A stretch of DNA of 64,000 bases from Candidatus Velthaea sp. (GTDB lineage: Bacteria; Vulcanimicrobiota; Vulcanimicrobiia; Vulcanimicrobiales; Vulcanimicrobiaceae): positions 184,569-248,568 of the forward strand of contig CBDCCS010000016.1 of assembly GCA_965214935.1 (NCBI GenBank), given 5' to 3'. A program made the translations under genes and the position numbers. The notes below the pieces were generated by a model. The model saw only the letters and a list, made by a program, of their open reading frames with translations. It made no database searches and was not told the origin of the DNA. Below are positions 39,619 to 49,069 of this stretch, one piece after another; positions within the stretch are counted from its first letter, which is position 1; the number at the start of each line of letters is the position of its first letter.

Positions 39619-40433
39619 TAGCCGCCCTGCACGATCACGCGCCGGGAACCGGCGCGCCAGATAACGGCGGCGCCGATCGCGAGTAATGCCAGCCAGCCGA
39701 CTTGCAGTCCAAGTGCGGCCGGATATTGCGAAGCCGGAATCTGACCGACGTAAATGAGCAACGGCGTCGAGAACATTGCTGCAAACGGCAACAGAAAGAT
39801 GATCTTCTGCAATGCGGCCGGGAACAATATGAGTGGGATGATTCCGCCACCAAGCAGATCGGTGACCCAGGTGAGAATCAACTGCACCGCCGAGATTTCC
39901 AGCGTCCAGAACGCAATACAGTTAAGAATGAAGTTGATAAAGAAACCGACGAAATAACCAAGCACAAAGCTGACGCTGAACGCCGCGATCACGCCTGGCG
40001 ACGGAACGTCGATATGCACGAGGAAGAGCGACAAGATCAGCGCCGGAATCATCAGCAAGGCATGAAAGAGCACTTCACCCGTGCCGTCGCTAAAGAAATA
40101 CAGCGGGACGTTGATCGGCTTCATGAAGTCCGTTGCGATGCTGCCGTCATGGAGTTTGTCGTGCAGTATCCGGGTTTGATCGATGTCGAGAACCAACCCC
40201 ATTAATAGTGCGATCGTCGAATAGGTGATGATTGCATGCAGCGGCAGATTGTGCGGCGCGGCGTTATGCGCGTAGAGCGCCGTCCAGACCATGCGTAAGA
40301 GATACACTCGCACGACAAACGAACCGATACTGGTAAAAACATCGAAGCGGTACGTCGCTTCGCGCGAGATCGCTTTCTTGGCGAACTCGACGTAGGGTTC
40401 CAAACGGAAAGGCGCGGGCGCGGTTTCGATCAC
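39618..40433 (-). CDS. ABC-2 family (DUF990-type) permease
   Basis: TYRFD, DGSIATDFMKP, GGIIPLILFP and VQGG; TAATG coupling to the next gene. Confidence 0.88.
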   Translation of the reverse strand: MIETAPAPFRLEPYVEFAKKAISREATYRFDVFTSIGSFVVRVYLLRMVWTALYAHNAAPHNLPLHAIITYSTIALLMGLVLDIDQTRILHDKLHDGSIATDFMKPINVPLYFFSDGTGEVLFHALLMIPALILSLFLVHIDVPSPGVIAAFSVSFVLGYFVGFFINFILNCIAFWTLEISAVQLILTWVTDLLGGGIIPLILFPAALQKIIFLLPFAAMFSTPLLIYVGQIPASQYPAALGLQVGWLALLAIGAAVIWRAGSRRVIVQGG

Positions 40434-41449
40434 AACTGACCGGCCGCGGGCACCTGCTGAGCGTAGCCTTCGACGTAGATCCGGCGAACGATCGTCTCGA
40501 TGTCCGGTTCGATGATCGAGACGTCGGTGATCGCGAAACGTTCGGTCACCCGCCGAATCAGTGCTTCGGCAGTCATCACGCGGCGGTCGAAGCGCAACCG
40601 GACGGTGTTGCCCTCACGACCGTCGACTTCCGCGCCGGCGACCGCGACATCGGCATAATCTTCGGCGAACGTGACGACGAGGATGCGGTGAGTTCCGTAC
40701 TCCGTCCTCAGCCGCTCGACCGAACCATCGTAGATGATCGTGCCGTTGTCGATGAGGATGATGCGCTGGCACAAACGTTCGACATCGGCAAGATCGTGCG
40801 TCGTCAGAATCACGGTCGTTCCGCGTTCGCGGTTGACCTCGCTAATGAACGTCCGGATCGCTTCCTTTGCTACGACATCCAGACCGATGGTTGGTTCATC
40901 CAAGTAAACAATTTGCGGGTCGTGCAACATGGCTGCGGCAAAGTCGCCGCGCATTCGCTCGCCCAACGACAACTGACGTACCGGCGTGGCCATGAAGCGG
41001 TCGAGATCGAGAATCTCCGAAAAATGCCTGAGGTTTTCGCGGTAACGGTCGCGCGGAACACCGTAGATGGCACGCAGCAACTCGAACGACTCGCGTAAGG
41101 GCAAGTCCCAATACAACTGACTGCGCTGACCGAAAACGACGCCGATGTTGGATGCGTTTTGGCGCCGTTTCTCATGCGGTACCAAGCCGGCAACCCGAAT
41201 CAATCCTGACGTCGGTACGAGTATGCCGGTGAGCATTTTGATGGTCGTCGACTTCCCCGCGCCGTTGGGGCCGATGTAACCGACGAGTTCCCCGGCTTCG
41301 AGCGACATGTTTACATTTTCGACCGCGACCTTTTCCTCGAACGTTCGCGAGAAAAGCGTCGAAAGCGTACCGAGAACGCCTGACTCACGTTTGAGTGAAC
41401 GGAACACTTTCCGCAACTCGCGCGTCTCGATAATTGGCATCGCCGTCAT
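40430..41449 (-). CDS. ABC transporter ATP-binding protein
   Basis: GPNGAGKSTT, VFGQRSQLYWDLP, LSLGERMR and YLDEPTIGLD. Confidence 0.94.
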   Translation of the reverse strand: MTAMPIIETRELRKVFRSLKRESGVLGTLSTLFSRTFEEKVAVENVNMSLEAGELVGYIGPNGAGKSTTIKMLTGILVPTSGLIRVAGLVPHEKRRQNASNIGVVFGQRSQLYWDLPLRESFELLRAIYGVPRDRYRENLRHFSEILDLDRFMATPVRQLSLGERMRGDFAAAMLHDPQIVYLDEPTIGLDVVAKEAIRTFISEVNRERGTTVILTTHDLADVERLCQRIILIDNGTIIYDGSVERLRTEYGTHRILVVTFAEDYADVAVAGAEVDGREGNTVRLRFDRRVMTAEALIRRVTERFAITDVSIIEPDIETIVRRIYVEGYAQQVPAAGQL

Positions 41450-41540
41450 TTTCCACAGATGCGGCGCTTAACCCGGTGTCAATCGAAGCAGTCTGCACAT
41501 CAGATTCTCATCCAAATCGCAGGTTTGACTCTCAACGTGC

Positions 41541-41566
41541 GGAACTGCGGGAGACCGGGTCGCGTT
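41541..41566 (+). promoter_or_regulatory. Candidate ECF-type promoter GGAAC-N17-CGTT of the micro-gene
   Basis: GGAAC 41541-45 and CGTT 41563-66, about 60 nt upstream of ATG 41627. Confidence 0.45.
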
Positions 41567-41626
41567 ATTCGAGCGACAACGGTTTAACTGTTGGTCGATC
41601 TGTAGATGTCAGGGGGTGAGTGTAAG

Positions 41627-41683
41627 ATGGCTGCTAAGAAGAAAGCAATGAAGAAAAAGGCAATGAAGAAGGGCAAGAAGTAA
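41627..41683 (+). CDS. 18-aa lysine-rich microprotein MAAKKKAMKKKAMKKGKK
   Basis: RBS AGGGGGTGA 7 nt before the ATG; 15-nt tandem repeat differing only synonymously; terminator downstream. Confidence 0.75.
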   Translation: MAAKKKAMKKKAMKKGKK

Positions 41684-41726
41684 GCTCTGTCCCGCTGTTC
41701 CGTTTCGATAAAGCAATAATACAAAT

Positions 41727-41759
41727 CACGCGGCTCGATTTGGGCCGCGTGTTTTTTTT
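41727..41759 (+). terminator. Intrinsic terminator
   Basis: CACGCGGCTC-GATTT-GGGCCGCGTG followed by T8. Confidence 0.9.
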
Positions 41760-41877
41760 GTAATGTTATAAACATGCTCGCGAAAGTAGCGCAGCGCTCG
41801 GTCGTCTCCGAGCTGACCTATTGCTGCAAGACTGCGGACCGTTCCGCAACCGAGCGCCGAGATTGCGAGAGCGCTAC

Positions 41878-43029
41878 GTGCTGACGGCCGACGTTTCCGC
41901 GCTTCGTGCCGATCAGCCGGCGACACGACTTGCCACCCGGCTTGCGTTTCTCGCCGCCGGCTTCAGCATGGCCTGCTGGGCGCCGCTCGTCCCATTCGCC
42001 AAAGCCCGGCTTGGCATCAACGAGGCAGAACTCGGCCTGCTGTTGTTATGCGTCGGAATCGGTTCGCTCGTTTCGATGCCGTTAACCGGAATGGTCGCCG
42101 CGCGATTCGGCAGCAAGCCGATGATTCTCGCCGGCGGTATCTGCACGGCGCTGTTGCTGCCCGTGTTAGGCTGCGCTGCGTCCGTTCCGGTCATGGCGGC
42201 GGCGTTGCTGCTCTTCGGAGCTTCGCTCGGCACGATCGACGTAGCGATGAACATTCATGCCGTCGATGTGGAACGTGATGCCGGCAAACCGCTCATGTCC
42301 GGCTTCCACGGCCTCTTTAGCGTCGGCGGTTTTGCCGGCTCGGGCGGCATGACGCTGCTGTTATCGATCGGCATACCGCCCTTTCCGGCAGTCGTCGCGT
42401 TGGCGCTGCTGACGTTGGCCGTCATCGGCATCGCGGCTCCGCGTTTGCTGCAGACCGTCCCGCAAGCCGGCGGCCCGCTTTTCGCAGTCCCGCGCGGCAT
42501 CGTCATACTGCTCGCGGCACTTGCGGCGCTAACGTTCCTAGTCGAAGGTGCGATTCTCGATTGGGGCGCTCTGCTTACAACGCAACGGAATCTCGTTGTT
42601 GCAACGCAGGGCGGCGTCGCTTACATGCTGTTCTCGATCGCCATGACCGTTGGCCGTCTAAGCGGCGATCGCGTCATCGCTCGTTTCGGTCGCCGCCGGG
42701 TGTTTGCATTGGGCGGGTTACTCGCCAGCGGCGGCTTCATCGTCTTGCTGCGAGCTCCGGTCGCTGCCGTCGCCATGTCCGGTTTCATCCTCGTCGGACT
42801 TGGAGCAGCAAATCTCGTGCCCGTGCTGTTCAGCGCCGCCGGCCGCCAGACGGCGATGCCGAGCGGCTTAGCGGTTGCGGCCATAACGACGACCGGCTAT
42901 GCCGGCATCCTCGCCGGCCCGGCACTCATCGGCTTCGTCGCTCATGCAGTCGGTTTATCGACGGCATTCTGGCTATTGGCCGGTCTAATGTGTCTCGTGC
43001 CGGTCTTTGCCCGCCCCGCGACCCGGTGA
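41878..43029 (+). CDS. MFS transporter (YbjJ-like)
   Basis: About 12 TMs; ACWAPLVPFAK, DVAMNIHAV, MSGFHGLFSVG and GRLSGD. Start uncertain (41821 or 41878). Confidence 0.9.
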   Translation: MLTADVSALRADQPATRLATRLAFLAAGFSMACWAPLVPFAKARLGINEAELGLLLLCVGIGSLVSMPLTGMVAARFGSKPMILAGGICTALLLPVLGCAASVPVMAAALLLFGASLGTIDVAMNIHAVDVERDAGKPLMSGFHGLFSVGGFAGSGGMTLLLSIGIPPFPAVVALALLTLAVIGIAAPRLLQTVPQAGGPLFAVPRGIVILLAALAALTFLVEGAILDWGALLTTQRNLVVATQGGVAYMLFSIAMTVGRLSGDRVIARFGRRRVFALGGLLASGGFIVLLRAPVAAVAMSGFILVGLGAANLVPVLFSAAGRQTAMPSGLAVAAITTTGYAGILAGPALIGFVAHAVGLSTAFWLLAGLMCLVPVFARPATR

Positions 43030-43035
43030 GGCGCA

Positions 43036-43464
43036 CTACGGCAGCGCAAGTTCGGCTGCCCGCGCGGCGAGGCGTTCGAGACTGGCGGGCATCTCGCCGG
43101 CGACTCGCCGGGCCGGACGCTCGAGCAGCTTTGCGGCGAAACCGCCGATTGCAACGCTGCTGTCGATCTGCGTGCCGGTAGCAAGGGCACGTAGCGTCCA
43201 GCTCAAGGTGAGATTTGCAACCGGTCCGACCGTCATTTGCAGCGTGAACCGCTGCGGTGCGACGATCTCCGCGATACGAAAAGCGGTCTGACGAACGCGC
43301 TTGAGTTTTATGGTCGCAAGCGTACCCGGCAGCGGCTCGCCTTCAATCCACATCCACTCGACGCCCGGATTCCACAAACTCCAGCGGCGTCCGTCGAGCA
43401 GTACTTCCCACACCGCTTGCGGCGGTGAAGCCGATCGCGCCGAAGCACGGCCTTCCCAGATCAT
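43036..43464 (-). CDS. SRPBCC/polyketide cyclase-like protein
   Basis: ASPPQAVWEVLLDGRRWSLWNPGV and a C-terminal helix; ATGA coupling to the upstream gene. Confidence 0.78.
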   Translation of the reverse strand: MIWEGRASARSASPPQAVWEVLLDGRRWSLWNPGVEWMWIEGEPLPGTLATIKLKRVRQTAFRIAEIVAPQRFTLQMTVGPVANLTLSWTLRALATGTQIDSSVAIGGFAAKLLERPARRVAGEMPASLERLAARAAELALP

Positions 43465-44237
43465 CCGGCCGCAACGGGCGGGTGACCGAAGAGCGCCGGG
43501 ATAAAGTGCCCGGCCGCAAACGAAACGACAAAGACGACCGCGCCGTAACCGAGCAACTCGCCGCCCTTCGCCCACGGGTTACGATTCGATAACCGTCCGG
43601 CGAACACGCCGATCGTGAACAGGCCGGCTGCAGCCAAGATGATGCCGACGACAAGCGAGATCCGATAATCGAGCGGAAAGAAATACCCGACGAGCGGGAT
43701 GATCGCTCCGGCGGCAAACGAAGCGCCCATCGCCAGGGCCGGCCGGGTACCGCCGCCTTCGGCGATTCGCGGATCGATGCCGAACTCGTCGCGCATCATC
43801 TCGTTGAGCCAAATCTCCGGGTTCGTTGCTAGGCGCCGCACGATCATCGTCGCTTCATCCGGCGTAAAACCCTTGAGTAAATAGTAGGCGACCTGTTCGC
43901 GAAACTCGTCCTCGGGATTCTCGATCATCTCGCGCTGCTCGAGCCGGATTGCATTTTGCACCACTTCGCGTTCCGATTTGCTGCCGAGATACTCACCGAC
44001 GCCCATCGAGATGGTGCCGACGACGAGTGCGACGATGCCGGTTAGTAAGATCGTCAGCCGCTCGGGCTGAGCCGCGCCGACGCCGGTGACGATCCCCAAA
44101 GTCGTCAAGACACCATCCTGCATGCCGAAGATAACCTCGCGAATGCTGCGCTCGCGTTCGAGCCGCGAACGTTCCGGCGTGTCGGGCATCCGGGGCCGGC
44201 CGCCGCGCGCGACTGCGCCCTCGGCATATTCTCGCAT
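43461..44237 (-). CDS. VIT1/CCC1 family iron/manganese transporter
   Basis: REVIFGMQDGVLTT, ISMGVGEYLGSKSERE, MMRDEFGI and SFAAGAIIPL; TAATG coupling at 44237. Confidence 0.9.
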   Translation of the reverse strand: MREYAEGAVARGGRPRMPDTPERSRLERERSIREVIFGMQDGVLTTLGIVTGVGAAQPERLTILLTGIVALVVGTISMGVGEYLGSKSEREVVQNAIRLEQREMIENPEDEFREQVAYYLLKGFTPDEATMIVRRLATNPEIWLNEMMRDEFGIDPRIAEGGGTRPALAMGASFAAGAIIPLVGYFFPLDYRISLVVGIILAAAGLFTIGVFAGRLSNRNPWAKGGELLGYGAVVFVVSFAAGHFIPALFGHPPVAAG

Positions 44238-46363
44238 TACAAGTTCCGCCAATAGTCGAGCATGTGATTGAAGAGGTGCCGCCGCTGTGCAATTCCGGCA
44301 ATCGAGTGAGTCTTACGCGGATAAATCATGAAGTCGACCTGTTTTCCAACCAGCAACAAGGCTTGCATCAATGAGACGCTGTTGGCGATGTGAACGTTGT
44401 CATCGCCGGTGCCGTGCGACACGAGTAAGCGTCCGCGCAGATTCGCCGCCGCGGCGATACTCGAGCTTGCATGATACGCGGCGACATTGCTTTGCGGTGT
44501 TCCCATATAGCGTTCCGTGTAGATCGAATCGTAGAATCGCCAGTCCGTTACCGGAGCAACCGCCACCCCGACTTTCCAAACGCCCGGCGCGTGCGTCATC
44601 GCATAGGTCGTCTCGTACCCGCCGAAGCTCCAGCCCCAGATTCCGATCCGGTGCGGATCGACGTACGGCAACGTCCGCAGGTAGGCCGCGCCGCTGAGTT
44701 GCCCGGCCAGCGACGCCGGACCGAGGCGATGGTACAGCAGTCGCACCGCGCGTGCCGAATCGATTTGCGAACCCGGACCGTCGACGCTGAAGACGATGTA
44801 ACCGCGTTGCGCCAAGGCCTGATGGTACAAATAAAATTCGCCGTCCCACGCGTCGGCCGTCGTCGGTGACGCCGGACCGCCGTAGACGTAGGTAATGACC
44901 GGATAGCGCTTGGCCGGATCGAAATCCGGCGGCTTGATCATCCATGCGTCGAGCGGCCCGGCCGGAGAAGCGATGTGCAACAACGTGGTTACACCGAAAT
45001 GCCGTCCGGTCAGCGACGCGGCTCGCATAAAGGGCTGGCTTGGCGCACCGGCCGTCGAGCCGATCGAATAGACCGGCGGCCGATCGAAAGCCGCGTCGCT
45101 GCGAACGAACTCGCGCGCGTTGGGCGCAAAGGTGAAGCGGTGTTCACCCGCTCCGGCGGCGAGCGGACGCACCGCTCCGCCGCTCAAGGGAATCCGCAAA
45201 ACCGTGGAATCGCGCCGCGTCGGATACGCAGCTTCGACGAATGCCGCATCGCGCTTCGCATCGATTCCGGCCAGCGCCGTAACCGTGAATCCGCGGGTGA
45301 GACGGACCACCGTTCGCGTCTTCGTGTCCATCCGATAAAGCGACTCCTGACCGTCACGATCGCTGATGAAGACAACGTGAACCCGATCCGGCAGCCACTG
45401 CGGGGCGCCGTGAAAATCGACCCAGCACGCATCGCGTTCCGCAATCAGCGTGTCGAGCACGCCTCCGCGACCGAATCTTACGTAGCGCAAATGTTTCTGC
45501 GGCCGGTCGATCAAGGTAGCGGCGACGTCGCCGGAGGGCGTCCAGCCGACCGAAGCGAGATAATCACCGGCGTTTTTCGTCGAATACAACGTTTGGTAGC
45601 GGCCCCCGGCGGCCGCAACGCGCAGGCTGACCGTGCTGTTGCGCCCGCCCGCCAGCGGATAGCGCTGCTCGGCGACGGTATTTTCCGGCTTCAGAAAATC
45701 GACGATCGGAAACGGCGCGATCGGCCGCTGATCGAACTGCAAATAAGCAATTTGTTTGCCGTTCGGCGACCAGCGATAAGCGTGCCGCATGTCGAGTTCT
45801 TCGGAATAGGCCCAATCGGGATCGCCGTTTGCAACATCGGCCGAACCGTCGCGCGAATACCGCACCGGCGCGCCGCCTTGCCACCGTATCGCATAGAGGT
45901 CGTCGGCCTGAACGTACGCCACCCGCGTTGAATCGGGCGACCATTGCGGATCGTCGGCGTTGACGGCAAGCTGCGCCCGGGCAGTACCTTCCGCCGCGAC
46001 GACCCACAGGTTCCCCGCGTCGAGATACGCGAGCCGGCGGCTATCGGGCGACCAAATGAATTCGGGCGCCGGCCGTGAACCCTTACCGTTCGGTGCGGCG
46101 CGGAAGAATACACGCGCATGCCGGCGCCGCACGTCGTAAAGGTAGGTGTCGCGCGGACCGGCTTCGCCGCCGGTTAAGGTATATAAGAACTTCGAGCCGT
46201 CCGGCGACCATGTAATTGCGGCCGGAAGCCGGCCGATCAATGGTTCGCGATTGAAGATCTGCTCGATGCGTAAGGGCGCTGTCTGCGCAGCGCCGGCCGG
46301 CTTACCGGTGACGGCGACCAGGGCGAGCATAGCAATCGACAGACGGACTAGCAATCGGCTCAA
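44237..46363 (-). CDS. Secreted S9B dipeptidyl-peptidase IV-like protein
   Basis: WSPD propeller repeats, DWAYSEE, GWSFGG nucleophile, HGTGDDNVH and a catalytic His (KTHSI). TTG 46363 has a GAGGA RBS and a signal peptide. Confidence 0.92.
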   Translation of the reverse strand: MSRLLVRLSIAMLALVAVTGKPAGAAQTAPLRIEQIFNREPLIGRLPAAITWSPDGSKFLYTLTGGEAGPRDTYLYDVRRRHARVFFRAAPNGKGSRPAPEFIWSPDSRRLAYLDAGNLWVVAAEGTARAQLAVNADDPQWSPDSTRVAYVQADDLYAIRWQGGAPVRYSRDGSADVANGDPDWAYSEELDMRHAYRWSPNGKQIAYLQFDQRPIAPFPIVDFLKPENTVAEQRYPLAGGRNSTVSLRVAAAGGRYQTLYSTKNAGDYLASVGWTPSGDVAATLIDRPQKHLRYVRFGRGGVLDTLIAERDACWVDFHGAPQWLPDRVHVVFISDRDGQESLYRMDTKTRTVVRLTRGFTVTALAGIDAKRDAAFVEAAYPTRRDSTVLRIPLSGGAVRPLAAGAGEHRFTFAPNAREFVRSDAAFDRPPVYSIGSTAGAPSQPFMRAASLTGRHFGVTTLLHIASPAGPLDAWMIKPPDFDPAKRYPVITYVYGGPASPTTADAWDGEFYLYHQALAQRGYIVFSVDGPGSQIDSARAVRLLYHRLGPASLAGQLSGAAYLRTLPYVDPHRIGIWGWSFGGYETTYAMTHAPGVWKVGVAVAPVTDWRFYDSIYTERYMGTPQSNVAAYHASSSIAAAANLRGRLLVSHGTGDDNVHIANSVSLMQALLLVGKQVDFMIYPRKTHSIAGIAQRRHLFNHMLDYWRNL

Positions 46364-46438
46364 ACGGAATCCTCGACTGTTCTTCCATGGATGACGGACG
46401 GGCATGAAACACGCGGCGACGACCGAAGCGAGACGACG

Positions 46439-46942
46439 ATGAACGACGGCGAAGGGCAAAATCCGATCGTCGCAATGGCGCTGAAGCTACGAGCCCGCCG
46501 CGATCTCGGGGCAGCAATCGACTCGGCAACGGAAAACATGCCGGCGTTGGAAACGGGCAACGCGCAGACGTTGTTTGCCGCACTTGCCGACACGCTTGCA
46601 ATCGGAACGAAGCGACTCAACTCCATCCTCGGCAAGAACGGCGTCACCTTCGTACGGCTGGAGAATCCCTTACGCGTGCGCCTTCGCTTTCGCGGCCGGC
46701 GCGTCGCGCTCGACCTTGACCCGGAGCGTCAACTCGTCACCGTAAGCGGCCTCGAACTCGACGGCGACTATCAGTTCGATACGGGCGCCGCGCTACCGGC
46801 GCTCGTCAATCTCTCGAGACTGTCGACACAAACCGGCTACGGTGCCGCGTTGACCGGTTCGGAACTGCTCAAGCTGATCGCCGCGGACGCCGAGTTGCCG
46901 CGACCGCCGCATCTCGACGCGCCCGGGCCGATGCGCTTTTAG
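46439..46942 (+). CDS. Hypothetical protein
   Basis: Globular-looking ORF filling the gap; start 46391 or 46439; its 3' end overlaps the nth 3' end. Confidence 0.6.
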   Translation: MNDGEGQNPIVAMALKLRARRDLGAAIDSATENMPALETGNAQTLFAALADTLAIGTKRLNSILGKNGVTFVRLENPLRVRLRFRGRRVALDLDPERQLVTVSGLELDGDYQFDTGAALPALVNLSRLSTQTGYGAALTGSELLKLIAADAELPRPPHLDAPGPMRF

Positions 46943-47600
46943 CCTTGGCGACGATCGGCCGCGACGGACACATCGTAACCGGACAGACGTCGCAGCGCGG
47001 AATCGGCGCTTTGCAGATCGTGCGGCCGTGCAGTATCAGCCAATGATGCGCGTGCCGCCACTTCTCGGAAGGCACGAGTTTGGTCACGTCGTCTTCAATT
47101 GCACGCGGCGTTGCGCCGACGCTCAAGCCGAGCCGCTTCGATACCCGGAACACGTGCGTATCGACGGCAAACGCCGGACCCTCGAAGGCGACTGACAGAA
47201 CCACCGCCGCCGTTTTCCGGCCGACGCCCGCCAGCGCTTCGAGTTGCTCGCGTTCGCGCGGAACGTCGCCGGCGTGTTCGGCTACGAGCGCTTTAGATGC
47301 CGCGATGATGTTCTTCGTTTTCGTGCGAAAAAAACCACACGATTTGATGATGCCTTCGACGTCGGCGGGATTCGCTTGCGCGAGCGCTGCGGCGTCCGGG
47401 TAGGCAGCAAATAGAAACGGCGTCGTGAGGTTGACCCGCGCATCGGTGCATTGGGCGGAGAGTATAACCGCGATCAGCAGCTCGAACGGATTGCCGTAAT
47501 CGAGCGCGGTGACCGCCGCGGGATACGTCGATTCGAGGACTGCAAGTTCCGCATTTGCGATTGCCCGAGGCACCTTGCGCTTTGGGAATGGGATAGCCAC
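46869..47600 (-). CDS. nth: Endonuclease III
   Basis: FELLIAVILSAQCTDARVN, HhH LAGVGRKTA, AVDTHVFRV and a Cys cluster CKAPIPRCDVCPVTMC. Confidence 0.94.
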   Translation of the reverse strand: MAIPFPKRKVPRAIANAELAVLESTYPAAVTALDYGNPFELLIAVILSAQCTDARVNLTTPFLFAAYPDAAALAQANPADVEGIIKSCGFFRTKTKNIIAASKALVAEHAGDVPREREQLEALAGVGRKTAAVVLSVAFEGPAFAVDTHVFRVSKRLGLSVGATPRAIEDDVTKLVPSEKWRHAHHWLILHGRTICKAPIPRCDVCPVTMCPSRPIVAKAKSASARARRDAAVAATRRPRRSA

Positions 47601-47674
47601 GGCCAGGCGTTGGCCGCCGGTTGCGGCGCGCCCTCGGCGAAACCTTTGCGCGCTCCGCGAGCGTCGCAAGTAGC

Positions 47675-48271
47675 ATGCCCTTCATGAAGCAAAAAGACCC
47701 GAGCGTACCACCCGGGCAGAGCGTGACGAACGGCTTTCCGGTGTTGCATGTCGGCGACGTTCCGGCTTTTAACAAAGCAACGTGGCGATTGCGGCTTTAT
47801 GGTTTGTGCGAAGCGCCGTTCGAGCTGACGTACGACGAGCTGCGGGCGCTGCCGTCGACGGAATGGCGCGGCGATATTCACTGCGTCACCCGCTGGTCGA
47901 AGAAAGCAACGCAGTGGCGCGGCGTACGGTTTCGCGATCTCGTCGAACGTGCGCTGCCGCAGCCGGCTGTTACGCATGTCATCCAGCACGCGGATAATGC
48001 CTATACGACAAACGTACCGCTTGCAGCGATGCTCGGCGACGACTGTCTCGTTGCATACGAGTTCGACGGCCAAGCGCTCGAGCCGATCCACGGCGGCCCG
48101 GTTCGCATGTTCGTTCCAAAACTGTATTTTTGGAAAAGCGCAAAATGGATTCACGGCTTAGAATTCCTGGATCACGACCAGCAAGGCTTCTGGGAGAAGC
48201 GCGGCTACAACAACGACGCCGACCCGTGGAAAGAAGAGCGCTACGCCGAGATTCCCGCCTGGTTCGGCTAA
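47675..48271 (+). CDS. Sulfite oxidase-like molybdopterin oxidoreductase (start 47675 or 47684)
   Basis: PPGQ, DIHCVTRWSK, HGGPVR, YFWKSAKW and GFWEKRGY. Confidence 0.9.
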   Translation: MPFMKQKDPSVPPGQSVTNGFPVLHVGDVPAFNKATWRLRLYGLCEAPFELTYDELRALPSTEWRGDIHCVTRWSKKATQWRGVRFRDLVERALPQPAVTHVIQHADNAYTTNVPLAAMLGDDCLVAYEFDGQALEPIHGGPVRMFVPKLYFWKSAKWIHGLEFLDHDQQGFWEKRGYNNDADPWKEERYAEIPAWFG

Positions 48272-48338
48272 CCGACGAACGCTCTAGCGTACACGGCGTT
48301 TCGTGCCGATACACACGTTGTCATAGAGGATCGAAGAT

Positions 48339-48376
48339 AAAGCAGAACCGCCGGTGAGTGCACCTGCACCGGCGGT
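48339..48376 (-). terminator. Probable terminator hairpin after the DUF892 gene
   Basis: ACCGCCGGTG/CACCGGCGGT 10-bp stem followed by TCTGCTTT on the minus strand. Confidence 0.55.
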
Positions 48377-48420
48377 CGCGCAATTTGCGTGGCCGTTACC
48401 GTTTCAATGCCGCGTTGTTC

Positions 48421-48903
48421 TCAAACCGGAACGCTGAGCATCTTTTCGGCGAGTTGCGTATGTTGGTGATCGGCCTGTTTTGCTTCGTCGAGGCACTGCT
48501 GCATATTCTTTTCCGTCGTTGGTAAATTTGCTGCTGCCGCATACGTGCGCAACGTACCGAACGTTGCAATCCAATAATGCAGCGCCAGTTGACCCGCGGC
48601 AATGATGCCGAGATCCCGGCTCATGGCGTCGGATGCCTTTTGGCGAATCGTCCGGCTCACCTGAAAGTGCGCTTCGAGCACCGGATTGCCGACATCTTGC
48701 GCATCGCCGGTTTCCGCAATCGCAGCTTCAACGCGCTGCTTCCACTGCGCCGACGTCGCGTTACCGGCTTGCAATGCTGACTTCAAGCCGGCGTCACTTG
48801 CGTCCGCCTCGATATCGGCGGTCGCTTTCTGCGCGACGTCGCCACCGGCTTTGGCCGCCTGCAAGCCGCTTTGAATCAAATTTTTCAGTGCTTGGTCCGC
48901 CAT
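48421..48903 (-). CDS. DUF892/YciF ferritin-like general stress protein
   Basis: All-helical; RDLGIIAAGQLALHYWIATFGTLRTYA...LDEAKQADHQHTQLA; GAGGTG RBS. Confidence 0.8.
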   Translation of the reverse strand: MADQALKNLIQSGLQAAKAGGDVAQKATADIEADASDAGLKSALQAGNATSAQWKQRVEAAIAETGDAQDVGNPVLEAHFQVSRTIRQKASDAMSRDLGIIAAGQLALHYWIATFGTLRTYAAAANLPTTEKNMQQCLDEAKQADHQHTQLAEKMLSVPV

Positions 48904-49069
48904 GTACTATCACCTCGTTCGTCAGTGTATGCGGCACCCGGTCCCGTCGGTCGGGCATCGCGGTGACGCCTGTTCTTGTGTGCGACGGAAAACGGGCGCA
49001 AAAACACGGCCGTACGGGCTGCAGTCAAGCACCATTTGTCACCTAAGCGTTCCGTTGCTCGCGCGGGCC

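Noticed and set aside
41584..41775. 63-aa minus-strand ORF with a Phe-rich stretch
   Set aside because: Antisense image of the Lys-rich micro-gene; the RBS and terminator point to the plus strand.
46869..47020. Nth Cys spacing CX6CX2CX4C and 74-bp convergent overlap with the neighbouring gene
   Set aside because: Minor variation; the catalytic Lys and Asp are intact, and tail overlaps are common at high GC.
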